IMG/VR virus record: IMGVR_UViG_3300017788_000024
Span: 1 to 62,463 of that record
DNA: 62,463 nt
From: a virus
Taxonomy: Duplodnaviria > Caudoviricetes
Strand: one strand, 5' to 3'
Part shown: positions 1 through 9,438 of the stretch, one piece after another
Numbering within the stretch: position 1 is the stretch's first letter
How the letters are laid out: every line of letters starts with the position of its first letter
Translations under genes and position numbers: made by a program
The notes under the pieces: generated by a model
What the model saw: only the letters and a program-made list of their open reading frames with translations
What the model was told of the DNA's origin: nothing
Databases searched by the model: none

Positions 1-1096
1 TTGCAAAAGATTCTCTATCTGCGTCACTTGTAAAAGCACTAACAGATTTTAGGTTATGGTTTACTATTGTTTCTATAAGTTTTCTTATATCATTAGGGTC
101 TTGTTTTTTTGAGATTGAATCAAGTAGGGATCCACTCATAATTTCCCAAACCCCCTCTTCTGTTTGTACCACTCCCAAACTATCAAATAGAGTCTCTGCA
201 TTTGGAACGTCGCCTACCCACTCCGTGAAAGCAGCAGGCCCCCAGGGTGTATCCAATGAAAGCATCATATCTGGAAGAGTATCCACAAGATTTTGTGTTG
301 CGTTCTGTACTGTTTCTGTTGCCGAGTCTAGTACATAGGCATGACTATCTCTTGCTGCTTTACTATCAACCTCAACAAATCTTCTTATTGCGTATTCCAT
401 TTGTGTTGATTTGGTATCTCTATAAGACAAGATTTGTTCTTTTAGTTCATTCAGTTTGGAATCTCCCTGAAGAGCAGTGTAGTATGCCTCAGGATTTAAT
501 AGAAGATGTTTTGGGTCTGATTCAAACCTAGTTATCTCTCGGTTGTATTCCTCCATTAGTTCTGATATACGACCATCCACATCTTTGTTTCTTGTTGCAA
601 GTATTCCTGTCCTTATTTCAGCAGCCTGTGCAGTTCCTCTTTTTGTCTTCATTCCATTTAGGATTGATTCCTGCATTCTAAGGTTTAAGGCAGAAAACGA
701 TTCTGGGCTGGATATATCGTTCTCCACTCCACCCCACTCAAACGTTCCCTTTCCATCTAACTGGGCTTGTTCAAGTTCAGCCTGAGCAGTCTGATATTCA
801 AACAACTTGTCTTGATCATGTTGGTCATTTTTTTCTTGCTCTGCTCGTTTTCTTTGTCTCTCTGCTGCTTCCATTTGGGCAGGAAACGTGAAGATGCTCA
901 TTGCGGATTGAGCCATGGATGCCAGATTACCATAGAGATATTCTTCCTGTGACTGGCTTGGTAGTTGGCCATACACATCACCTAGTTGGATCTGACCACC
1001 CTGTACAGTTCCCTGTCCATAGTATTGAGGTGATGGTGTTACTATATCCGTGGTTGGCGCAACTGCTTCGGGTCTGATCATCCTTGGATCAATCAT
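1..1096 (-). CDS. internal virion protein (T7 gp15-like position), partial, runs off the left edge
   Basis: Manual translation from ATG at 1096 (MIDPRMIRPEAVAPTT...DRESFA) gives 365 codons with no stop; GGAGGAGG lies upstream; directly follows the gp14-like gene; absent from the ORF track. Confidence 0.75.
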   Translation of the reverse strand, partial: MIDPRMIRPEAVAPTTDIVTPSPQYYGQGTVQGGQIQLGDVYGQLPSQSQEEYLYGNLASMAQSAMSIFTFPAQMEAAERQRKRAEQEKNDQHDQDKLFEYQTAQAELEQAQLDGKGTFEWGGVENDISSPESFSALNLRMQESILNGMKTKRGTAQAAEIRTGILATRNKDVDGRISELMEEYNREITRFESDPKHLLLNPEAYYTALQGDSKLNELKEQILSYRDTKSTQMEYAIRRFVEVDSKAARDSHAYVLDSATETVQNATQNLVDTLPDMMLSLDTPWGPAAFTEWVGDVPNAETLFDSLGVVQTEEGVWEIMSGSLLDSISKKQDPNDIRKLIETIVNHNLKSVSAFTSDADRESFA

Positions 1097-1098
1097 TG

Positions 1099-1776
1099 TC
1101 ATCCTCCTCCTAGATTAGTGGTTACTGTTCCGCCCTTCCCACTGAATGTAGATAGACCAACACCATGGAGTTGTGCAAACGAACCAAGACCAGCAGCAGT
1201 TCCTCCTAGGGTTCCTGCAATGATGTTCAATGCTCCATAGGACTCTCCAATTGGCTTCTGGCTGGAAAGTTGCATGTTTGGAATGATGAGGTCAAATCGT
1301 TGCTGAGCCATCATGTTTTGCATTTGTCTTTGGATGTTTGCTTCTGTTTGTTTGAAATTCCGATCTGATTGCAGTGCTTGTCCCAAGAAGTTTAGGCTTT
1401 GTGACAGACTTAATGCCTTTGCTGTTCCTCCAGTTATCCTAGATGAAGCAAGTCTTTGCCCTACTGCTCCCTTCATTTGCCGATATGTCTTGCTCATTTC
1501 TCCATCAACAAATGATTTTTGTCTGTCAAGAACTTTTAGAGAATCGCTTTCATAAAGATATGCAGCCCTTTGGATTGCAGCGTTTCGCTCTCGTTGCTGC
1601 ATCTCATTGTAGGATGCATTGAAGAGTTCCTTGCCATTGTTGATGGCCTTCTGCATCTCACCTTGAACCCAAGCCTGTTGTGCTTGTTGTTCCCTTCTTC
1701 TGGCGGCGGCGTTTCCAGCAATGCCTTGGAATATGCCACCTAGAATTCCAGCACCCAATGAAAGTTCTGCAAACAT
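1099..1776 (-). CDS. internal virion protein B (T7 gp14-like)
   Basis: 225 aa with hydrophobic G/A-rich ends and a Q/A-rich coiled-coil middle, typical of gp14-like ejection proteins; AGGAG RBS. Confidence 0.65.
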   Translation of the reverse strand: MFAELSLGAGILGGIFQGIAGNAAARRREQQAQQAWVQGEMQKAINNGKELFNASYNEMQQRERNAAIQRAAYLYESDSLKVLDRQKSFVDGEMSKTYRQMKGAVGQRLASSRITGGTAKALSLSQSLNFLGQALQSDRNFKQTEANIQRQMQNMMAQQRFDLIIPNMQLSSQKPIGESYGALNIIAGTLGGTAAGLGSFAQLHGVGLSTFSGKGGTVTTNLGGG

Positions 1777-1788
1777 AGTATTATCTCC

Positions 1789-3453
1789 TTAGTGCCATCC
1801 CCATTGATTCTTCTTTACATTGATTTTTTTAGCCGTGAGTTCCCGGATTGCTCCGCTGTGTGGAATCCATTCGGATGCACGGAAATTACTAGCCCAACTA
1901 GCGATCGTTCGTTCCCATTCCTTCTTCTTGTTTTCCTTCACCAACTTGTCCGTGTTGTATTGCATCATGTCCTTATAGAAGTCCACGGCACTTGACAATG
2001 CGTCCACCCTGTCGTCGTGCTTAAGACACCCACGCTCATCCGTAAGCCTTGTAAGTTGGATCTGGTTCTTCTCATCCTTGGCTACCCGCCGATCAAACAC
2101 AAGCCGATGTTGTGCTATCACAGGCTCAAGGACTTCAAGCATTCTGGCTTCCTTCCTACCCGAGACCTTGAATTCCTCGATCCCAATGCGACCGCAATGT
2201 TCGATGAGGAATGGGGTAATGACCTTTGAGAATAGACCATCGCCAAAGTTTGATTCGATCCTCACCATCTTTATCCTGTATTCAACACAAAGTTTGGCTA
2301 TCTTGTTAAGCACGACATCGCTGTAGCCTCCCTCCCATCCCGTGAGTTCATGAATGTAGATCATGCCTCCCGCCGTGGACGCGATGCACACGGCTGTCTC
2401 ATCGGCTCCCCTGCCAGATGGATCTATGACCATGTGTCTATGTTGATAGTCAACATATTGATTTGATATGTGCATGGGTTCCATGATCATGTCACCACCA
2501 AGACCCCAACTGGGCATCTTCTTGTTTGCGTTCTGCCCCTGCCATATGACCTTCTCTGGTGCCTTGTCGTGTGACACATCGAACACGATGAGGTCTGCCA
2601 ACTTGAGTGGGTATTTGTCGATGTCGGACAAGGTGGTATCAAGCATGTACTGCAAGGCAAATGCCTTGGGTCCGATCTTGGCTTTGCGCTCCATGAGTAT
2701 TTCGGTGTCGAAACGCTCAGGTTGGGTGGACTCTCCCGGAGGAAAACCAAGATCCCACACCCAATCAGCCACATCCTCGGACTCACCGGGCAGGCTAGGA
2801 TCAGGCATCAGGGCAGGATACTTGATCATTGGGTATGACTGCTTGAGTACCGTGTAGACCGATTCCGCAGAGTGCGGGGTACCTAGAAAGATAACTCTCG
2901 ATCCCTTGTTCCTGACGGATTCAAGTTCCGTCAACTTGTGCAACATGCTCTCCCTTGCCTCCACTGTCTGGGTGTTGGTGGAGATCTCTACGTCATCGCA
3001 GATGATGAGGTCTGCGTGTAGACCAGTGATCTGGGAGGTCGAGCCTCTTGCCGTGCAGGACAGATCCTGAGTGAAGGATGTCCTGATGTTGTGATTGAAC
3101 CCAAGTGCCGAGTCCTTGGTATGCTCGTCTGGGATCATGTGATTGCAGTAGGGAACCATGTTCAGGATCTTCCTAGTCTGGGAGATGAACTCGATTGCCT
3201 TCTGCTGGGTTGCGGACATGACGAGGATTGTCTTGTTTGGATTGCTCATCATGAACCACGAAGCAAACATGGCGGTGAGCGTTGACTTCCCTGTCCCACG
3301 CCCAGCCGCCAAGATAAAATCATTAGGTCCATACTGAAGTTGTCTTGCGATCTCGTACTGCATTGGGGTAGGCTCTCCAAGCCCTAGGTGCTTCATGCAG
3401 AAGAACACATGGTTCCTGAAATCATTTAAGACTTCTTCAGTAGGTGGTATCAA
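1789..3453 (-). CDS. terL: terminase large subunit (T7 gp19-like)
   Basis: Walker A AGRGTGKS, Walker B LIICDDVE, LGTP motif, nuclease motifs IDPSGRGADET and HDDRVDA. Confidence 0.97.
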   Translation of the reverse strand: MIPPTEEVLNDFRNHVFFCMKHLGLGEPTPMQYEIARQLQYGPNDFILAAGRGTGKSTLTAMFASWFMMSNPNKTILVMSATQQKAIEFISQTRKILNMVPYCNHMIPDEHTKDSALGFNHNIRTSFTQDLSCTARGSTSQITGLHADLIICDDVEISTNTQTVEARESMLHKLTELESVRNKGSRVIFLGTPHSAESVYTVLKQSYPMIKYPALMPDPSLPGESEDVADWVWDLGFPPGESTQPERFDTEILMERKAKIGPKAFALQYMLDTTLSDIDKYPLKLADLIVFDVSHDKAPEKVIWQGQNANKKMPSWGLGGDMIMEPMHISNQYVDYQHRHMVIDPSGRGADETAVCIASTAGGMIYIHELTGWEGGYSDVVLNKIAKLCVEYRIKMVRIESNFGDGLFSKVITPFLIEHCGRIGIEEFKVSGRKEARMLEVLEPVIAQHRLVFDRRVAKDEKNQIQLTRLTDERGCLKHDDRVDALSSAVDFYKDMMQYNTDKLVKENKKKEWERTIASWASNFRASEWIPHSGAIRELTAKKINVKKNQWGWH

Positions 3454-3671
3454 TAGGTTGATTCCCTGATCTTGAAGGGTGAAGCCTCGGACATAGCCTT
3501 GGTGACTTCCTCAAGAGCATCCTTGGAAATGCCGTCAGCAGCCAGTCTATTGTCATTGACAATGCCACGGACTACGGTATAGAGTCCGGGAGTACACTTG
3601 TCTGGATCCTTGAGGTCTCGGACAAGGGCATCAAGAAGCATCTCATTGAGAATGTTTACTTTGCTTTTCAT
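3450..3671 (-). CDS. terS: terminase small subunit (T7 gp18-like)
   Basis: 73 aa, overlaps the terL start; size and position match gp18. Confidence 0.65.
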   Translation of the reverse strand: MKSKVNILNEMLLDALVRDLKDPDKCTPGLYTVVRGIVNDNRLAADGISKDALEEVTKAMSEASPFKIRESTY

Positions 3672-3790
3672 TTAAGGCTCCCTCTGTGAATTAGTTCCAT
3701 GATCTTAGAAATGGGAAATACACAACCTAAAAAGTAACCCAATAGACCCACCAGTCCGGCAAACCACACACTTCCTAGAAATGATTCCAT
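3668..3790 (-). CDS. small membrane protein (possible lysis component)
   Basis: MESFLGSVWFAGLVGLLGYFLGC...; start coupled to the upstream stop; one TM segment. Confidence 0.5.
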   Translation of the reverse strand: MESFLGSVWFAGLVGLLGYFLGCVFPISKIMELIHRGSLK

Positions 3791-4332
3791 TACTTTTTCT
3801 CCTTTCGATATGCAGCATCGAAGTCTTTGTCCGTAGCCCTTAATACAGCAACGGCTTCTTCGACACTTGTTTCTGAGTTGGGATCCTGTGCTTCGATCAT
3901 CAACTTGGCAGCATCCCTTTTTCCAGATGGAATGAGTGATGCAAATGATCTCATAAAGGCTCTTATTGGTGTCCCCAATCCTAGGTACCACAGAAGAGCA
4001 AATGTCCCTACGACTGCCAGAGACATAAGTCCGTATTCTAGGATTGGAACCCACCATGGTACGGCGTCCTCTATGTCAGGCAGCAGTTCCACTGTGTCAT
4101 GTACTATGTCTATTATCCTTGATTGCTCTTTGGATCCAGCCCTAGCCTGATCCCCAATGAGCAGAACATCAATATGCTCTGTTTTAAGTGTTTCATTGGC
4201 AATAATATCGAAGCGTTCCTTGCTTGATTGAGCAGTCTTGGCCGCTTCTGTCATGTTTCTTGCTATTAATTTGGAGGGAGAACACCCACTACTTAATAGA
4301 CTCAAGGCGATCAATGCGTAGCCTAAGTGCAT
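3790..4332 (-). CDS. lipoprotein with C-proximal TM helix (possible spanin-like lysis protein)
   Basis: Signal peptide ending LLSSG-C, helical middle, later TM WWVPILEYGLMSLAVVGTFALLWYLGL. Confidence 0.45.
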   Translation of the reverse strand: MHLGYALIALSLLSSGCSPSKLIARNMTEAAKTAQSSKERFDIIANETLKTEHIDVLLIGDQARAGSKEQSRIIDIVHDTVELLPDIEDAVPWWVPILEYGLMSLAVVGTFALLWYLGLGTPIRAFMRSFASLIPSGKRDAAKLMIEAQDPNSETSVEEAVAVLRATDKDFDAAYRKEKK

Positions 4333-4552
4333 CTATTCTCTCCTTAATGGTTGCGTCTGTTGCAGCAAACTCGATCTGAGACTTGACAATACTCTCAACG
4401 ATTTCCTTAAGTTCCTTGAGTTGCTGATTATTGTATGTTTGTGTTGCTTGGTATTCTCCTATTCTGACGAACAGACTAGCGAGTCCTATAGCAATAACGA
4501 TTATCTGCAACACTTGCAAGATGATTGTCACATGTGGGTTTTTTTGTTCCAT
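4289..4552 (-). CDS. membrane protein with coiled coil (holin-like?)
   Basis: N-terminal TM then coiled coil; lies between tail genes and terminase. Confidence 0.4.
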   Translation of the reverse strand: MEQKNPHVTIILQVLQIIVIAIGLASLFVRIGEYQATQTYNNQQLKELKEIVESIVKSQIEFAATDATIKERIDALRLRIDRLESIK

Positions 4553-4563
4553 TCCTCCTCCTT

Positions 4564-6333
4564 TTAGTTGTCTTGTCTGGCTATTTCAATTTCATCCTTT
4601 ACTAATTCACATCTTTCTATTCCAAATAAATCAAGTTGACGACAGATAAAACCATGCCAATTACTTCCCTCAAACCAATCTATTTGTGGTGCATTTGGCA
4701 TTCCTGCAAAACGCCATTCAATATTTGCTCTTGATCTAGTTAACGCATCTGGGTTTGCTACACAACTACCCGTGCATGATGGATTTGGCAGCGATGCAGA
4801 AAATGGTCCTCTTCCGTGGTAAGAAATCCCAGACGACACCCACGACATTAGTTGATCAAGGTAATAATATGCTGCTGTCCAAAAGGACCAGTAGTTTGGT
4901 ATTAGTCTTTTACCGATTGTCTCTGAGGGTAAGGAATACAGCGTTGCTTCTTCTTGTGTTACTTTGTCTAGTATAGCATCTACATATATTGTCTTGTAGT
5001 CAAAAACATCTGTAGCCAACCCATTAAATCTATGATCATCAAATCCACCAAAGTCAAAACACAATTCCGTACCTACCGATGCTTTAGTTCCAAACCTTTT
5101 CCAGTTAGCAAACCAGTTTATTCTGTTTGCTTTGTATGTAGAGTCCATGGCATCCGGGTAATTGCAATATCTGGATCCGTCGCTGGACCAACCATTGGTT
5201 AATGCAAAGGAGTCTATTGATGTGTATCCATTTGGGTGTATTAAATCAAGTGTTCTCTCGATAGAATAAACAGGGAAATAAGATTGATGGACCACAACAT
5301 CAACATTGTTCTGTATACCTGCGCTGTTTGAGCATTTTTCAAAAGCAACTGCATTTGCTCTTGCTTGGTAGGTTCCATAGGGATAGGCACCCATACCGTA
5401 AGTCCATGTTGGAAGCGGATCTGGAATACTGACCGTAGTTCCAACTTCTCTGTGAAGTACATGTCCATTTATTGTTCTCAATCCCTCTACTGCTTGCTGA
5501 TAAGAATGATTCAAGCCAAAAGGTGGTGTTCCGTCTGAATCCAATGAAACCGGGTTGTTGTTGTTCCACCACCCTACACCGATTAATGGCACAGGACTTG
5601 TTGAGGTTTTCCACCAGTTTGCGATTTTTGCGTCTGGTATTTGTTGTTTTAGCCAAACAGCAACATCGTTATTTGCTTTTAAACAAGAGTCGTGTAGTTG
5701 GTGGTATGTTATTGTTGAACTTGTTGCATTTGGGTAATAGTGCAAAACAGTATTAATTACCTGTTGAGTAGCCGTGTCTATATTATTGGGATTATCTCTC
5801 TTTAAAAAAATGTAATTCAATGGAACTTGAACATTTGAGTCCTTTCCTCCACGAAGAATTGCTTCAACAGATGGGTAATTCTCTATGTTTATAGATGGTC
5901 CCCAGTCCCAGTTAAATGATGTTGTTGGATTAGTGCTTACTTTGTTTTGCCACGAAGATATAACGCCTGTAAATGCGTTCTGTGCGTGAGTAATAATCGT
6001 TTCACTTCCCCCACTGCTTCCAACGCCCGTATTCATTCCAAACTTTACTCCCAAGTTTCTATATGAACTTTCAATATTTAATGATTGAACAGGAACATTG
6101 TTATTATATTTTTGATCAAATCGTAAGGACAGTAGTTGTTGGTCTGTTCCTTGATTAAAGATGATTATTGTCGTTGTTTCTTCTTCTACATTTGGATAAA
6201 CAGATACAGCAACACCAGATGCATTTCGTATCCAAATGTCACTGATCTTTCTTGCCTGTCCTTGACTTCTTATCCAAACATCTCGTATTTCAAGTGGTTG
6301 TCCATTTGAATCCCGTATCCATAACTTGTTCAT
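4564..6333 (-). CDS. tail-associated hypothetical protein
   Basis: 589-aa ORF; three WIR repeats at the N-terminus; in the tail-fibre cluster; function not recognised. Confidence 0.5.
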   Translation of the reverse strand: MNKLWIRDSNGQPLEIRDVWIRSQGQARKISDIWIRNASGVAVSVYPNVEEETTTIIIFNQGTDQQLLSLRFDQKYNNNVPVQSLNIESSYRNLGVKFGMNTGVGSSGGSETIITHAQNAFTGVISSWQNKVSTNPTTSFNWDWGPSINIENYPSVEAILRGGKDSNVQVPLNYIFLKRDNPNNIDTATQQVINTVLHYYPNATSSTITYHQLHDSCLKANNDVAVWLKQQIPDAKIANWWKTSTSPVPLIGVGWWNNNNPVSLDSDGTPPFGLNHSYQQAVEGLRTINGHVLHREVGTTVSIPDPLPTWTYGMGAYPYGTYQARANAVAFEKCSNSAGIQNNVDVVVHQSYFPVYSIERTLDLIHPNGYTSIDSFALTNGWSSDGSRYCNYPDAMDSTYKANRINWFANWKRFGTKASVGTELCFDFGGFDDHRFNGLATDVFDYKTIYVDAILDKVTQEEATLYSLPSETIGKRLIPNYWSFWTAAYYYLDQLMSWVSSGISYHGRGPFSASLPNPSCTGSCVANPDALTRSRANIEWRFAGMPNAPQIDWFEGSNWHGFICRQLDLFGIERCELVKDEIEIARQDN

Positions 6334-7412
6334 TATGCCTGAGCCTTTCTAAATATGATCTGCCCCTCTGGACCAGTTGCCTCAGGTGCATTACCTGCTT
6401 CAATCACAACAAAGTAAGGTGATGCGTTTGCGTATGAATGGTTTGCGGTTGCGGTTATTCTTAGTGGTTTGCTTACCACTGGATTTACTCTTTCTACTGC
6501 ACCAATCTCATAGGAATTAAGACCATCACCACCAAGACCATTACCCGGTGCTGCGGTAGTCAGGGTTGTTGTGTGGTGTCGGCTTACATGTGCAGGAAGG
6601 TCTGATGCGATTGCAGGTTGAACATTAGTGATGAAACCACCAGCAACTTGAATCTTATGAAGACCTAAGGCTAGGGTTGGGTTGGTTGAAACATACACAT
6701 CTTGTCGTCTTACTATATGCGTATTGGCTGAGGGGGCTGTAGCAACAGTAGCATTTGTAAATGTACCCAGTGCAGATGTGATTGATGTTGTGAAGTTTCC
6801 TGTTCCTATGGTTGATGAAGTTCCTGTTATTGTTCCTAACGTAGATGTTCCGGGAACTGAGATGCTTCCATTGAATGTTGCAAGTCCCGTGAATGTTGAT
6901 GTACCACCTACAGAAAGAGTTGTTGGGCTTAACGACACAATTGCCAGTGTTCCAGAAACATCCAAATCAACCGTCCATGTCTTCTTGATTCTATTGCTTG
7001 TTGATCCTATTGAATGCTGGTTGTTTATGCTAGGAACAAAGTTACCACCAAGTGTTGTGCTTCCAATGGTACACCCAGCGTCGGCTATGATTGTGTTTCC
7101 GGTTGTTGTTTCAAACCTAGGACTCCTAATCTTGTCAGGATATACAATGGATTCGTTGGATGGAGATTTTGAGATGATCTCTGCTTTGTCATTTGCATTT
7201 CCCTGAACAGTAAGTGTTGATTTAGTTGAATCTGAAGGACTACCCAATGTAAATGAGTAAGGAGACCATGATGTGCTTGTCGATCCCAATGATTCTACAA
7301 ATAACCCATTATTTTTTGAAATAAAGAATCCCGTAAAATCAGACTCTACGCAATTACACTCTCCAGAAGAACCACCAACCACAACTTCAATAAGATCGAA
7401 ATTTTGTGGCAT
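6333..7412 (-). CDS. tail fibre-related protein
   Basis: 359 aa, S/T/G-rich beta-like repeats; position in tail cluster. Confidence 0.55.
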   Translation of the reverse strand: MPQNFDLIEVVVGGSSGECNCVESDFTGFFISKNNGLFVESLGSTSTSWSPYSFTLGSPSDSTKSTLTVQGNANDKAEIISKSPSNESIVYPDKIRSPRFETTTGNTIIADAGCTIGSTTLGGNFVPSINNQHSIGSTSNRIKKTWTVDLDVSGTLAIVSLSPTTLSVGGTSTFTGLATFNGSISVPGTSTLGTITGTSSTIGTGNFTTSITSALGTFTNATVATAPSANTHIVRRQDVYVSTNPTLALGLHKIQVAGGFITNVQPAIASDLPAHVSRHHTTTLTTAAPGNGLGGDGLNSYEIGAVERVNPVVSKPLRITATANHSYANASPYFVVIEAGNAPEATGPEGQIIFRKAQA

Positions 7413-7422
7413 GTTTTTTCCT

Positions 7423-7707
7423 TTATGGGGTTGGCTCTGGATCCGGCTCTGATGGGGTTGGCTCTGGATCCGGCTCCGGTGGGGGCGGAGGCGTGTACTC
7501 GATGTCCTTCAGGTCACTTGCCGACTGAAGCATGTTCGACGCGCTTGCGATGAGCAGGTCGATCCATGCCTCATCGGCCTCGCTCCGAGGCGCAATCACG
7601 GAAAACTGGGCTGCAAGAGCCGCCATGCGAGAGGAGATCCCACTGATGCTTCGTGCAATGCTTGAATAGTGGTCTGAACGATCTGCTGCAATTTGTAGTT
7701 CCGTCAT
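7423..7707 (-). CDS. hypothetical protein with Pro/Glu-rich tail
   Basis: 94 aa; C-terminal EPDPEPTP twice. Confidence 0.6.
   Translation of the reverse strand: MTELQIAADRSDHYSSIARSISGISSRMAALAAQFSVIAPRSEADEAWIDLLIASASNMLQSASDLKDIEYTPPPPPEPDPEPTPSEPDPEPTP
7425..7476. repeat. 27-bp-period tandem repeat (2 copies)
   Basis: atggggttggctctggatccggctc at 7425 and 7452. Confidence 0.9.
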
Positions 7708-7740
7708 AAGTTTCCTTTCAATAGTAGTAGAGAGTTATGT

Positions 7741-9438
7741 TTAGGGTGCGCAGTGCTTGTATGGGTGAGCGGCTGGAAGATTGATGGCGAGTCCCCATCT
7801 GTGGGCAAGATAGCCCTCGATCTTCTCTCGGTCAGCGGTTGATACCGCCTTGTTGAGCATGATCACCTCTCCGATGGAGTATTCGTAGGTAGCGGCTCCA
7901 AACTTGTTTCCAAAGAACCCGACTCGTTGCGGGGACACATTGGAGTACTTGTGTCCCACCGTTCCGAAGGTCGTCTGCTCATAGGTGGTTCCATTTACGG
8001 ACAACAGCAACTTGGTCCCGATGTCTGCAACTCCTCCTAGAACCACCGTGGTTCCCCTAGCCGCCGTTCCATTCGTCACATTTATGTCGGTCCCGGTATC
8101 GTTTCCACTGGTGTTCTGGCCCGGGGCAGAGGAGACTCGGTACTTGTTGTCCGATCTTTGCTCCAGCGTGAACCGAATTCCGTTGTGCGACCATCGCGTG
8201 ATCATGAGCAGGTCTTGGTTTGCTGATGCCTTGTCGGGACGCACCACCATGAATGCCGTGAATCCCGCGACATCCGTGCAGATGGTGGCTTGGTTGTCCT
8301 TTCCGAGGTAGTCTGACGTACCCTTTATCATGGCCAAGTCGTTGAACTCGTTTGTCTCATACTTGGGACGCGAGGTCGTCGATGTGTTTGCGTAGTTCAA
8401 GGACAGCGACCCACCCGAAGGCTCCCAACGACCAACGTCTGAGCCATCGGTCGTGACGTTCGATCCCCCGGTGGCCGCGTTGAACAATTCATCCGTGTCC
8501 GTGGCGTCGTACCAGACCAAGAGGTCGGTCAAGTCGGTCGGCAGCCAAGTTCCTCCTTCGCTCGTAGTGGAGGAGTCTGCATATCTCAGGATCACGACGC
8601 CTGAGCCGCCTGCGCCTCCAGTACCCTGTTGTGACCCCCCGCCCCCTCCTCCAGTGTTGGCTGTCGCAGCAGTTGGGGTTGCCGTGCTGCCGCCGTTGGC
8701 TCCTCCTCCTAGTCCTCCGATTCCGATTCCAGTTGTAGTCGCTCCGCCACCCCCGCCTCCTGCGTAGTAGTTTCCATTCAACCACTCTCTTCCCTTGCCA
8801 CCGGCACCTCCTACTGAGGCTGCGCCATTTCCACCAGCACCTCCCGCGCCGCCACCGCCGCCGGATGATGAACTTGTTTGGCCATGCGTTCCGCCGCCTT
8901 GTCCACCTGCGTTGCCGTACTTGGTTCCGGTGCCGCTGTAGGTGTCTGCGGAACCTGTTTGTGTTGGTTCGCTTGAGCCTGCGCCACCGCCGCTGCCGCC
9001 ACTCTTTGCCCGTTGATTGGCGACGTTAGCGAACGGCCAGCCGCCACCACCCCCTCCGGTCGCGGTGATGCTGATCGCCGTGCCGGTTGAGTTGATGAAC
9101 GACGAATTGCTTCCGTTTGTGCCTACTGCTTCCTGGCCCCCTGCTCCTCCAGCACCTACCGTCACCGTGTAGTCACCGGCTGCCAACGTAGCCGAGTGTT
9201 CTATCATGGCACCCGCGCCGCCTGCGCCACCTGCACCAGTCGTCTGCGCTCTTGAACTACCGCCCCCACCGCCGCCAACGACGAGGATGTCTATTGTGCC
9301 GCCTGTGGTGACGGTGAAGGTGCCACTTGAGTTGAAAACGTGGTACTTGTAGCCACAGAATGTGGTGGCCTCGGTGCCGCCGGTGGCTGCCACCAAATTC
9401 GATGACGAAGGCCAATATAGCCAAGTTGGAGGCGTCAT
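7741..9438 (-). CDS. glycine-rich tail protein with C-terminal LamG/ConA-like domain
   Basis: YKYHVF..GTF..VVGGGGGG glycine-rich domain ending GGSGVVILRY; LLVWYDA...IGEVIM...IEGYLAHRWG lectin-like pattern. Confidence 0.7.
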   Translation of the reverse strand: MTPPTWLYWPSSSNLVAATGGTEATTFCGYKYHVFNSSGTFTVTTGGTIDILVVGGGGGGSSRAQTTGAGGAGGAGAMIEHSATLAAGDYTVTVGAGGAGGQEAVGTNGSNSSFINSTGTAISITATGGGGGGWPFANVANQRAKSGGSGGGAGSSEPTQTGSADTYSGTGTKYGNAGGQGGGTHGQTSSSSGGGGGAGGAGGNGAASVGGAGGKGREWLNGNYYAGGGGGGATTTGIGIGGLGGGANGGSTATPTAATANTGGGGGGSQQGTGGAGGSGVVILRYADSSTTSEGGTWLPTDLTDLLVWYDATDTDELFNAATGGSNVTTDGSDVGRWEPSGGSLSLNYANTSTTSRPKYETNEFNDLAMIKGTSDYLGKDNQATICTDVAGFTAFMVVRPDKASANQDLLMITRWSHNGIRFTLEQRSDNKYRVSSAPGQNTSGNDTGTDINVTNGTAARGTTVVLGGVADIGTKLLLSVNGTTYEQTTFGTVGHKYSNVSPQRVGFFGNKFGAATYEYSIGEVIMLNKAVSTADREKIEGYLAHRWGLAINLPAAHPYKHCAP

